A DNA stretch of 64,000 bases from Candidatus Omnitrophota bacterium (lineage in GTDB: Bacteria; Omnitrophota; Omnitrophia; Omnitrophales; Aquincolibacteriaceae): contig JBDRCT010000033.1 in assembly GCA_043821445.1 (NCBI GenBank), positions 5,391-69,390 of the forward strand, read 5' to 3'. A program made the translations under genes and the position numbers. Shown here one piece after another: positions 38,113 through 46,720 of this stretch (its first letter is position 1; each line of letters opens with the position of its first letter). Under the pieces are notes generated by a model, which saw only the letters and a list, made by a program, of their open reading frames with translations, was not told where the DNA came from and ran no database searches.

Positions 38113-40221
38113 TTAAAGCGGATAATCGAGCGCTTCCGGGATCATGATCTGCGCCACGGCTTCCGCGGCACGGTCTTTGGAAAAACGCAGCCCTGAGAAA
38201 CATGCGTCGGTCTTCGCGCGCAACTCCGCGAAAGCCTTAAGTTCCGGGCTCGCCGCGGAGCAACAACCGCTCGAAGCCTGATAGCCGTAAACAAGCTCGG
38301 CGCAGATCTTTCCGACTTCGCCTGCGGCCCGCGCGGACTGAACGCCGCTCAAGTCCGAATAAAAATTCACCACGCCGGCAAGGCCTTCCGCGAGCGTGGG
38401 ATTCTCAGGCCCCTTCTTCTCGAGCTCGAGCGTATCGAGGATGAGCTGGCGCGCGCCCAGGAGCCACGCAAGCGCATCGGTCATCGGGAACATGACGCCC
38501 TGGCGCTGACCGCCGTAAAGCGTTTTCCCGTTCACATCTTTGTGGGACTGGAGATACTCGAGGGACCAGAGCCAAAGTTCCATCGCCCCGGCGAGGGCGC
38601 AGGCGCCCATTTCCGGTTTGCGTTTTGCGATCTCGCGAAGGTCCTTGATCCAGTTCTTGAACTGAGCGAGGAAAATATCATTTTCCATCGTACGGCTCAT
38701 CTGGAGGCGCTGCACACATTCAGGCCCTTCGTACGTCGCCTCGAGCTGGGCATCCGACCATTTCTGCGTGAGGAATCCCGGGCAATCTTCCGTGATCCCG
38801 TAACCGCCCATCAAACTCACGGCCTCGCGCAACATGGTCGCGCCGTAGCCCGTATTCCAGAGCTTCCCGGCCGGGCAATACACATCCGCAAGCGACTCCT
38901 TGATGAGATACTGGACCAGGAGATCGCCTTCGAGTTCCGCCACGCGTTTTGCGTCACGTTTCGCTTCGGGCTGAGCCATGAGCGCGATATATTCGAGCGC
39001 TTTCTTGCGCGGCTCCGCGAACGCCTTCATCTGCGCGCGAGCGCCCTTGATCCCCTGCTCGGCGAAGATCTTGTCCTTTTCGTGTTCCATCACATCGAAG
39101 GCGTCGAAAAGCCGGGCCCCTTCGAATCCGAGGGACGCGCCCGCTTCCCCGGTCGCCCAAACATCGACGAGACGGTGGCAGGGGTCCTCTTTCTGCTGGA
39201 TCCCAAGATCATAGCGGGGCGTTCCGGCAGAAACCGAGCCTCCGCCGCGGAAACGCGTGCGCTGGTAACGGATCACGGGCTCGATCGCGGAAAGAAGCTT
39301 CGCGGTGGTCATGATCCCCACCGTGACGCGCGTCCTGCGGAAAACCGCTTCGATCACTTCGCTGTTGTTGAAATTCGGGATGATCACTCCGTCTTTAACG
39401 GTGTATCCGCCGATGATGCGGCTGGCCGGGACCTTCAAATTAAAGATCGGATCGTGGGTGCTGGAAAGCTGGTGCACAAGTTTCAGGGTCGGGGCGCCCC
39501 GGTCATAAAGTCCGGGATCATTTTCCTCGAGGATCACCATGCAGCTGGATTTGATGCGGGGGTCATCGCTGTCCACAGACGCGGTGACAAAATTCGCGTA
39601 GCCCATGTTCGTAATAAAACGGCCGCGTTTTTCGACTTGAAGGACCGGCTCCTGGCCTTCTTTCCACTCCGCGACACGGATACGTCCCGAAAGCATCCCG
39701 GCGTCCACACCGACATAAGGGAGCGGTTCGGTGAGCGCGAAAGAACCCCGGATGATCTTTCTTTTCTCTCCGGCTTTCGGAGGGACACAGCCGCCCATGT
39801 ATTTCTGGATCTGCTCGGGAGTACCTTTTTCATGGATGGGTTCAAGTGCGAGATTATTCGCAAGACTCGCCGTCGCGGCGCCCGCGTCCACCCAGCAAAG
39901 TTCGAACGCGATCATGGCAAGCACGAGGTTCTTGGGCCCCTCAATATAGCCCCCCTGTTCGGGTTCCATGAAAGCAGCCGTAATGCCGGCTTCGTCAAAA
40001 GACTTGAGCATGGCGGCCTTCTCGGGCGTCCACTCATGGGTGTGGCGCTGTTTGTCCGCCACCATACGGGCCACCACCCCGCGCGCTACGGCACGGGTCG
40101 ACTGGACCACCATCTGGAGGTCATAACGGTCCGTGAATCGCCACATGATCTGGCGGACATCGTCCCCCGGGAGCGTGCTCATCAAGGCTCTTTTCTCAGC
40201 ATTGGCAGTACTCATGGACAT
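38113..40221 (-). CDS. acyl-CoA dehydrogenase family protein
   Basis: FALTEP, GRFITN, LMGGYG, ATYEGP. Confidence 0.92.
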   Translation of the reverse strand: MSMSTANAEKRALMSTLPGDDVRQIMWRFTDRYDLQMVVQSTRAVARGVVARMVADKQRHTHEWTPEKAAMLKSFDEAGITAAFMEPEQGGYIEGPKNLVLAMIAFELCWVDAGAATASLANNLALEPIHEKGTPEQIQKYMGGCVPPKAGEKRKIIRGSFALTEPLPYVGVDAGMLSGRIRVAEWKEGQEPVLQVEKRGRFITNMGYANFVTASVDSDDPRIKSSCMVILEENDPGLYDRGAPTLKLVHQLSSTHDPIFNLKVPASRIIGGYTVKDGVIIPNFNNSEVIEAVFRRTRVTVGIMTTAKLLSAIEPVIRYQRTRFRGGGSVSAGTPRYDLGIQQKEDPCHRLVDVWATGEAGASLGFEGARLFDAFDVMEHEKDKIFAEQGIKGARAQMKAFAEPRKKALEYIALMAQPEAKRDAKRVAELEGDLLVQYLIKESLADVYCPAGKLWNTGYGATMLREAVSLMGGYGITEDCPGFLTQKWSDAQLEATYEGPECVQRLQMSRTMENDIFLAQFKNWIKDLREIAKRKPEMGACALAGAMELWLWSLEYLQSHKDVNGKTLYGGQRQGVMFPMTDALAWLLGARQLILDTLELEKKGPENPTLAEGLAGVVNFYSDLSGVQSARAAGEVGKICAELVYGYQASSGCCSAASPELKAFAELRAKTDACFSGLRFSKDRAAEAVAQIMIPEALDYPL

Positions 40222-40395
40222 TGATTCCTTTCGATTGATATTGTTCTATGAGATCAAACCCCGAAGAAGGGATTATAGGACCTGCTCCGCAGGAACAAAG
40301 TTACGTTATCTTATTCAGAGAAGACCTGTGAGGCAAGGGGAAAAACGGAGGGAATAGGGCTGAGTTTGGCCCCGGAAAACCGTGCGTAGCGGCTC

Positions 40396-41082
40396 TCAAT
40401 TTCTTGGATTCCCGATACCCGCCCCGTCACAAATGATGGCGCGCCGCCTCAATTCGAAGAAGCATTTCACGCAACAAAGCACATCGGACGCCGCATTGTG
40501 CTGATCTTCAAAATCCACATCGAACAGCTTGACATGAAGCTCGGATAATTTCGGCCACTTGTTGCCGCCCAAACTTTTCATTTCTTTTCCAGGATGGTAG
40601 TTTGGACGGCCCCAATCTCCGCTTTGCTTCGATTGATTGGTATTGGGACCGTACGACCTCGGGATCTTGCAAAACTTCGTCGAGCTTTTCATGGTGCATA
40701 TTTTTTTGATCGTCCGTAGCCCATCCGGCATTCCCCGGCGCAAAAGCTCCACCCGGACCATTTTTTCATCGAAATCCAGATTATGCGCCACAAGACACGC
40801 GACACCCGGGATCGCTCCGGAGAACTCCCTCAAAACCTCCGCGGCCGGGCGCCCTTCTTTCAATGCCCTTTCGGTGCTGATGCCGTGGATCGCCGTCGCG
40901 CTTTCGGGGATCACGAAACCTTCCGGTTGGATCATGTGATCGTGAAGCTCAAGCTGTGTCCCGTCTTCGTCAAAAAGCGCCCAGGCGATCTGAACGATGT
41001 GCGGCCAGTTCCCGAGATCGGAAACGGGGGCCTTCCAGCTTTTCGGCAATCCGGTCGTTTCCGTATCAAAAAAAAGATACAT
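40396..41082 (-). CDS. DEDDh 3'-5' exonuclease (contains an 84-nt repeat insertion)
   Basis: FDTETTG, VAHNLDFD, HNAASD. Confidence 0.9.
   Translation of the reverse strand: MYLFFDTETTGLPKSWKAPVSDLGNWPHIVQIAWALFDEDGTQLELHDHMIQPEGFVIPESATAIHGISTERALKEGRPAAEVLREFSGAIPGVACLVAHNLDFDEKMVRVELLRRGMPDGLRTIKKICTMKSSTKFCKIPRSYGPNTNQSKQSGDWGRPNYHPGKEMKSLGGNKWPKLSELHVKLFDVDFEDQHNAASDVLCCVKCFFELRRRAIICDGAGIGNPRN
40567..40649. repeat. two 41-nt hairpin units inserted in frame in the exonuclease
   Basis: GCCCAAACT..AGTTTGGAC plus GCCCCAAT..ATTGGGAC. Confidence 0.9.
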
Positions 41083-41193
41083 TTTTACACCTTTATTGAG
41101 ACGCGTTTTCCGGCATGACAATATTTGTAAGTAATCGCCTTCCAGGAGGGAAAACCGGAAAAGATATTTGCGTTTAAGAGATCTTTCATGACG

Positions 41194-41805
41194 TTACTTC
41201 CCGGCCACGAATTCGAGCACCACATCTGCTTGCTTAGCCGCGGCAACACTGACCCGTGGCGATAAAGCTGGTGCTTTTTCGATGTCCGACGCAAGGTCCC
41301 CGATCAGAATGAGGTTCGGTTTGAGCTTTCGGACCTTCAGATCATCACTGGAGCCCCATCCCCCCAGTCCGGAAGCGGAGACGATCAATTTTCCGGTCGG
41401 GAGTATTCCGGACACGAGCATGCTCTTGGCTTCGGCCCGGTCGAGACACTCCACCACGACGTCGCAGTTCCGGAATATTTCCGGGATATTGGCGGGTTCT
41501 AGCTTCACGGACAGCATTTGAAGTTCGAGCCCGGGATTGATGCGGAGGAGATTGGTCCGTAATGCTTCGACTTTTTCCATCCCGACCTGATCCGCGAAAT
41601 AGAATTGCCGGTCCAAATTGGAAGGATCGATGCGATCGAAATCCACGATCGTAAAATGCCTGAAACCGACCCGGACGAGGCAGGCCGCGCAATTGGAGCC
41701 CAGGCCGCCCGCGCCCGCAATGCCGATCTTCGCTTTTTCGATCTTCGCGAGCTTCGCTTCACCGAGCTTTTCAATAAGGTCCTGCCGGAACGCGTCCATC
41801 ATCAA
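41194..41805 (-). CDS. thiF: ThiS adenylyltransferase
   Basis: GAGGLGS, DFDRIDPSNLDRQ, QADVVL. Confidence 0.9.
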   Translation of the reverse strand: MMMDAFRQDLIEKLGEAKLAKIEKAKIGIAGAGGLGSNCAACLVRVGFRHFTIVDFDRIDPSNLDRQFYFADQVGMEKVEALRTNLLRINPGLELQMLSVKLEPANIPEIFRNCDVVVECLDRAEAKSMLVSGILPTGKLIVSASGLGGWGSSDDLKVRKLKPNLILIGDLASDIEKAPALSPRVSVAAAKQADVVLEFVAGK

Positions 41806-42998
41806 ATTTGCATCCAGTCTTTCAACACCGGCTGGTACCCTTTGGCGACGAGCATCGCTTTGAACTCTTCGACGCTCCGCGGGTCCGAGATCTCAAACTG
41901 GGAAGCATCCTCCCCTTCCGCCCCGACTTTTATTTTCTTTTGATCAACGGTAGTCGGGACGGCCCCAATTTCAACCCCGTTAAAATTGATAGGTATTGGG
42001 ACCGGAGATCCGAGCGTGTGGCCGCCGACGCGTGTCGTCGAGCCCGCCGACATGCGCGTGACCCCGAGAGGCAAAAGATGCTCGCGCAGCGAAGCGCTTT
42101 CCCGCGTGGAAAGCGTGATCCCGATCCGCGGCAGGAAAAGCCTCAAGGCCACGATGATCTGCGTCATGTTCCTGTCGCTTACCTCCGTCATTTCTTTGAA
42201 ATCCCCGGCATGCGGCCTCAGACGCGGAAGCGAAACTCCGATCTCGACCTCTCCGTAGCGGTCCTGCAAATACCGGGCGTGAAGGCCCACCCAGAAAACT
42301 TCTTTCCGCCAATCATTCAATCCCAGAAGCGCCCCGACGTTCACGCTTCTCATTCCATTCTTCGCGGCGCGCTCCGGCGCGTCAAGCCGGAAGCGGAAAT
42401 CTTTTTTAGGCCCCGCCTTATGCACCTGCTCATAAACCTCCGCATCATAGGTCTCCTGATATAAGGTCAATCCATCGACACCTGAACGTACGAGGTCCGC
42501 GTATTCCTCTTCCGTGAGTGCGTAGATCTCGACGGCAAGAGAGCTGAAATATTTTTTGAGTACTTTGAGGCATTTTTTGATATAGGACAGCGGACTTTTT
42601 TCCCTCGAATCTCCCGTCAGGATAAGAAGATGCTCGATCCCTGTCGAAGCGATGAACGCGGCCTCTTTTTCCACTTCTCCCAAAGTCAGTGTTCTCCGAG
42701 GTATTTTGTTCAGGGTATTGAACCCGCAATAAGCGCACTCATTCTCGCAATAATTCGAAAGATACATCGGCGTGTAAAGCTGGAGGGTCCTGCCAAAGTG
42801 CATCAGGGTCAAGGCATGCGCCCTTTGCGCCATGGGCTCTAACAATCTTTCCGCAGCCGGAGAAAGAAGCGCCAAAAGACGCGCGGGATCTTGCGCGTCG
42901 GAATGGATCGAACGCTCAACGTCTTGGAGTGAAATCTCACGGAAGATCTTCTCGGAAGGAAGGTCCTTATATTTCAGAAGGGTATCGTAGTAGCTCAT
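41802..42998 (-). CDS. thiH: 2-iminoacetate synthase (contains an 84-nt repeat insertion)
   Basis: LYTPMYLSNYCENECAYCGF, YQETY, SLPRLRP, QFEISD. Confidence 0.93.
   Translation of the reverse strand: MSYYDTLLKYKDLPSEKIFREISLQDVERSIHSDAQDPARLLALLSPAAERLLEPMAQRAHALTLMHFGRTLQLYTPMYLSNYCENECAYCGFNTLNKIPRRTLTLGEVEKEAAFIASTGIEHLLILTGDSREKSPLSYIKKCLKVLKKYFSSLAVEIYALTEEEYADLVRSGVDGLTLYQETYDAEVYEQVHKAGPKKDFRFRLDAPERAAKNGMRSVNVGALLGLNDWRKEVFWVGLHARYLQDRYGEVEIGVSLPRLRPHAGDFKEMTEVSDRNMTQIIVALRLFLPRIGITLSTRESASLREHLLPLGVTRMSAGSTTRVGGHTLGSPVPIPINFNGVEIGAVPTTVDQKKIKVGAEGEDASQFEISDPRSVEEFKAMLVAKGYQPVLKDWMQI
41920..42002. repeat. two 41-nt hairpin units inserted in frame in thiH
   Basis: GCCCCGACT..AGTCGGGAC plus GCCCCAAT..ATTGGGAC. 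Confidence 0.9.
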
Positions 42999-43061
42999 GG
43001 CCGTCTCGTTGTGAGGTAAAAGAGAATTCTGAACTTTTTCGTTCTACTCCATGATGCATTA

Positions 43062-43338
43062 AGAATTTTCGGGGATCCGTAAACGCGCTCCGAAGGTCGA
43101 GCGGGCAAGGTGGCACTCAAAAGACCCGTCGTCACCGGCGGATCGATCCTTCCAGCGAGAATCGACCGCCTTCGAGTCTCGCTCCCGGGATCCGCCTACA
43201 AAACAAGGCGGAACCAAGCTCCCAGGAGCTCGAACGCTGCCTCTTGGTCTTTTGAGTGCCGAGCGAGACCAGAGGCGCGAATGAGTTTTTCCTCGCTGGG
43301 GAAAAACGAATGGCGGTAAAGGAGCCCCGGAAAATTCT
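43062..43338. other. highly structured intergenic element (candidate ncRNA or MITE)
   Basis: Nested inverted repeats including a perfect 15-bp GGCACTCAAAAGACC/GGTCTTTTGAGTGCC stem. Confidence 0.6.
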
Positions 43339-43354
43339 CTTTTCCATTACTCGT

Positions 43355-44137
43355 TCATTTTGTTTCATGCAAAAAACCGGTCAAGGGCGAGGAGGCGCTG
43401 GCACCGCTTCCGGCAGAAGCAAGTCCTGCAAGATGGGCGGCACGACCCGCGCTTACAGCCTCCTTGAAAGCTCGGGCCATAGTTACGGGGTCCCGCGCGA
43501 TCGCGATCGCCGTATTCACAAGCACTGCCGCGCAACCCATTTCCATACATTCGCAGGCGTCCGAAGGACTGCCCAAGCCCGCGTCCACGATCACGGGCGC
43601 CTTGATCTCACGCACCAGGATCTCCACAAGCTCCCGGGTCTTCACGCCTCGGTTACTGCCGATAGGCGACCCGAGAGGCATGACCGCCGCCGCGCCCGCA
43701 TCCACCATGCGTTTGGCCATGGAAAGGTCCGGGCTCATGTAAGGAAGCACGATGAATCCTTCTTTGGCGAGGATCTCCACCGCTTTGAGCGTTTCAAGAT
43801 TATCCGGCAAAAGATATTTATGATCCTGAACCACTTCGATCTTGATCCAGTTCCCCTGCCCGCCCGCTTTTGCGAGTCTCGCGATCCGCACAGCCTCATC
43901 CGCGTTTCTTGCGCCGGAAGTGTTGGCCATGAGCATGCAGGCCTTTGGAATATATTCCAAAATATTGTCCGCCTGAGAACCGAGATCGACGCGCCGGAGC
44001 GCAACGGTCACGATGTCGGGTTGGGCGGCCTCCAGAGCTTTTTGCATGAGGGAATAGCTCGAGAATTTTCCGGTTCCGATCAAAAGACGGCTCTTAATCG
44101 AACGGCCGCCGAGCGCAAGCAGGTCTTCCATGGTCAT
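43355..44137 (-). CDS. thiG: thiazole synthase
   Basis: [27 protein letters not shown]. Confidence 0.96.
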   Translation of the reverse strand: MTMEDLLALGGRSIKSRLLIGTGKFSSYSLMQKALEAAQPDIVTVALRRVDLGSQADNILEYIPKACMLMANTSGARNADEAVRIARLAKAGGQGNWIKIEVVQDHKYLLPDNLETLKAVEILAKEGFIVLPYMSPDLSMAKRMVDAGAAAVMPLGSPIGSNRGVKTRELVEILVREIKAPVIVDAGLGSPSDACECMEMGCAAVLVNTAIAIARDPVTMARAFKEAVSAGRAAHLAGLASAGSGASASSPLTGFLHETK

Positions 44138-44334
44138 CCGCCTCCGACAAAACTGACGATCTCGACCCTATCCTGATCCTTGAGCGCGATCTTGGGCCAG
44201 TCCTCTTTGGAGATGATGCTGAAGTTGTGCTCGACCACGATCTTGTCGGGACACAATCCCTTGGCCGCGACAAGCGCGTCGAGACTCAAGGACTTATCGA
44301 TCGATTCTTGTTTGCCGTTCAGGGTGAGGATCAT
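44134..44334 (-). CDS. thiS: sulfur carrier protein
   Basis: 66 aa, C-terminal EIVSFVGGG. Confidence 0.95.
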   Translation of the reverse strand: MILTLNGKQESIDKSLSLDALVAAKGLCPDKIVVEHNFSIISKEDWPKIALKDQDRVEIVSFVGGG

Positions 44335-44431
44335 GTACTCTTTTCCTTATTCGTGGGAACCATGTGCGTTATCTTAAACGAATTTTGTCTCTATTGAAAG
44401 GCCGCGGATACCCCCTGTGATTGTCGATATT

Positions 44432-45361
44432 TTAGATCTTTAATTTCGAGAAGTTAACACGCACGTCCTCCGCGGAGGCATGGAGCGCTTTCCGTTCACC
44501 GTCGCTTAACGGAATCTCGACGATCTTCTTCACGCCTTTGCGCCCGAGTTCCACCGGCACGCCGCAATAAACATCGCTCAATCCGTACTGCCCTTTGAGA
44601 TAAACACAGGACGGGATCACTTCTCCGGTATCCTGAAGGATCGCACGGACCATTTTCACGACAGAAGAAGATGGTGCATAATAAGCGCTGCCGGTCTTAA
44701 GGAGTTTTACGATCTCTGCCCCGCCGTCACGGGTCCTCTGGTTGATCTCCTCAATCGTTGCGGCGTCCAAAAGTGTGGTGACCGGCTTTCCGTTGACCTG
44801 GGTCAGCTCCGGCACCGGGACCATTTGATCGCCGTGCCCGCCGAGCACCGTCGCCCTGACATCGGAAGGTTTGCAGCCAAGTTTTTCCGCGATGAAATAA
44901 GCGTACCTTGACGAATCCAGTTCGCCGGCCATCCCGATCACGCGTTCGAAAGGAAATCCCGACTTTTTCTGAGCGAGCCAGGTCATCACATCAAGCGGGT
45001 TCGTGACCATCACCAGGACCGCATTCGGAGAATACCGGGCACACTCCGTCACGATCCCTCCGACGATCTCGGCATTCTTGAAAAGCAGGTCGTCCCGGCT
45101 CATGCCGGGCTTGCGGGCAAGTCCCGCTGTGATCACGACGACGTCTGAACCAGCCGTGTCTTGATAACTGTTCGTGCCGGTGATCTTGGAGAGAAATCCT
45201 TCGACCGGCGCGGATTCCATCATATCCAGGGCCTTGCCCTGCGGGAGTCCTTCCACAATATCGATAAGAACAACGTCCGCGAGATTTTTCTCGACGATGC
45301 GTTGCGCGGCTGTCGCGCCGACAAAACCTGCTCCGACAACGGTCACTTTGAAATTCGTCAT
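44432..45361 (-). CDS. mdh: malate dehydrogenase (LDH-like)
   Basis: GAGFVG, RKPGMSRDDL, GGHGD, GSAYYAP. Confidence 0.93.
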   Translation of the reverse strand: MTNFKVTVVGAGFVGATAAQRIVEKNLADVVLIDIVEGLPQGKALDMMESAPVEGFLSKITGTNSYQDTAGSDVVVITAGLARKPGMSRDDLLFKNAEIVGGIVTECARYSPNAVLVMVTNPLDVMTWLAQKKSGFPFERVIGMAGELDSSRYAYFIAEKLGCKPSDVRATVLGGHGDQMVPVPELTQVNGKPVTTLLDAATIEEINQRTRDGGAEIVKLLKTGSAYYAPSSSVVKMVRAILQDTGEVIPSCVYLKGQYGLSDVYCGVPVELGRKGVKKIVEIPLSDGERKALHASAEDVRVNFSKLKI

Positions 45362-45464
45362 AATACCATCCTCCGTTAAAAGCGCTCTTAAGGAACCAGG
45401 AACATGTTTTCGCGTTCACGGATCGCTCCGTGAAGACCTTTTTTATATCAAAAAAGAACAGGGA

Positions 45465-45704
45465 TTAGTAGTTAAAAAGGTCCCGGTGTGCGAATTTTTG
45501 TTCGGGGAGCGCGTTGTGCAAGGCGCTCAGGATCTTGGCCTTGGCCCGGACCGTAAGGCGCCTCCCCTTGCGTGCCTTTTGCACCACCTTGTGAGACAGC
45601 TGCTCGGTCGAGGCCGCAACAAGCGCGTGGTTTGAAAGCCCATGCTTGGCCATAAGGGCATCCAGGGGCTGCGCACCGAGGTCGTTCGTTCCCTTGATCG
45701 TCAT
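45465..45704 (-). CDS. small hypothetical protein, possible HTH
   Basis: 79 aa, ATGA-coupled to rho. Confidence 0.6.
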   Translation of the reverse strand: MTIKGTNDLGAQPLDALMAKHGLSNHALVAASTEQLSHKVVQKARKGRRLTVRAKAKILSALHNALPEQKFAHRDLFNY

Positions 45705-46720
45705 TGTAACTTGCTCACGGCAGTGAGAAGGTCTTTTGTCACAGGATATTTCTTGAACTGTTCGATCAACGCGCTGATTGCTTCGATGGGCTTAAGCCCG
45801 GCCAAGGCGCGGCGTATCCGGCGCGACGGTTCCAGTTCCTGTGGCGTAAAAAGAAGTTCTTCCTTACGCGTTCCGCTTTTGGATATGTCCACCGCCGGAT
45901 AAATACGCTGGTTCGAGATCTCACGCGATAGAAAGATCTCCATATTTCCCGTTCCTTTGAATTCTTCAAAAATGAGCTGGTCCATGCGGCTCCCGGTATC
46001 CACAAGGATCGTCGCGAGGATCGTAAGCGACCCTCCGTGTTCGATCTTGCGGGCCGATCCGAAGATCCGCCGCGGCACTTCCATGGAACGCGCATCCACG
46101 CCCCCGGAAAGTGTCCGGCCGCTGGAACGTTGTTCCGCATTATGCACGCGCGCCAAACGGGTCAAAGAATCGACTAGGACCATCACGTTCGCGCCGGCCG
46201 CAACCTCGCGATACACTTGTTGCATGAGCTCCCGGGCGGTCTGGATATGATGGTCATAAGTTTGGTCGGATGAAGACCACCGGACTTCGGCCGTCACGCT
46301 GCGACGGAAGTCCGTGACCTCCTCGGGCCTTTCATCGATCAAAAGACAATAAAGCTTCATCTCCGGCCGGCTTTTTGCCACGGCCTGACAAAGATGCTTG
46401 AGAAACGTTGTTTTTCCGGAACCCGGAGGCGCCACGATCAGTCCACGCTGACCCATCCCGATCGGTGTGATAAGATCCATGACGCGCATCGTAAGTTCCT
46501 GAGAGCCGTCTTCAAGCCGGATCCGTGGCGAGGGATCGACGGCCGTACTGGCAAAAAACTTCTGCTCATCTTCAGCCACCACGCGCTGAGGTTCCCCATG
46601 CGGCGGTCGGTGAGCATGACGATGGGAATGGGAACCCCGGTTGGGGCGACGCTCGCCGCGGTGTCTTTGATCGGTATTGGGACCACGCCCTGAACGCTCC
46701 CGGTGTTCAAAGTTTCTCAT
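45701..46720 (-). CDS. rho: short Rho-like ATPase
   Basis: PIGMGQRGLIVAPPGSGKT, IDERPEEVTD, DSLTRLAR, EEFKGTGNME. Confidence 0.85.
   Translation of the reverse strand: MRNFEHRERSGRGPNTDQRHRGERRPNRGSHSHRHAHRPPHGEPQRVVAEDEQKFFASTAVDPSPRIRLEDGSQELTMRVMDLITPIGMGQRGLIVAPPGSGKTTFLKHLCQAVAKSRPEMKLYCLLIDERPEEVTDFRRSVTAEVRWSSSDQTYDHHIQTARELMQQVYREVAAGANVMVLVDSLTRLARVHNAEQRSSGRTLSGGVDARSMEVPRRIFGSARKIEHGGSLTILATILVDTGSRMDQLIFEEFKGTGNMEIFLSREISNQRIYPAVDISKSGTRKEELLFTPQELEPSRRIRRALAGLKPIEAISALIEQFKKYPVTKDLLTAVSKLQ

Noticed and set aside
38542-40224. 560-aa plus-strand ORF and other long antisense ORFs (e.g. 6246-7178, 52239-53228)
   Set aside because: These are shadow frames opposite well-supported genes and show no motifs.
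41975-41986. ACCCCGTTAAAA in the thiH insert as a GIY-YIG element end
   Set aside because: It is a partial match inside a hairpin loop with no opposing TAACGGGG end.
44335-44431. TPP riboswitch upstream of thiS (also checked upstream of thiC and thiD)
   Set aside because: No CTGAGA/ACCTGA core was found.
46673-46683. GGTATTGGGAC match to the hairpin family within rho
   Set aside because: Only one arm matches, with no partner at 41-nt spacing; likely chance.
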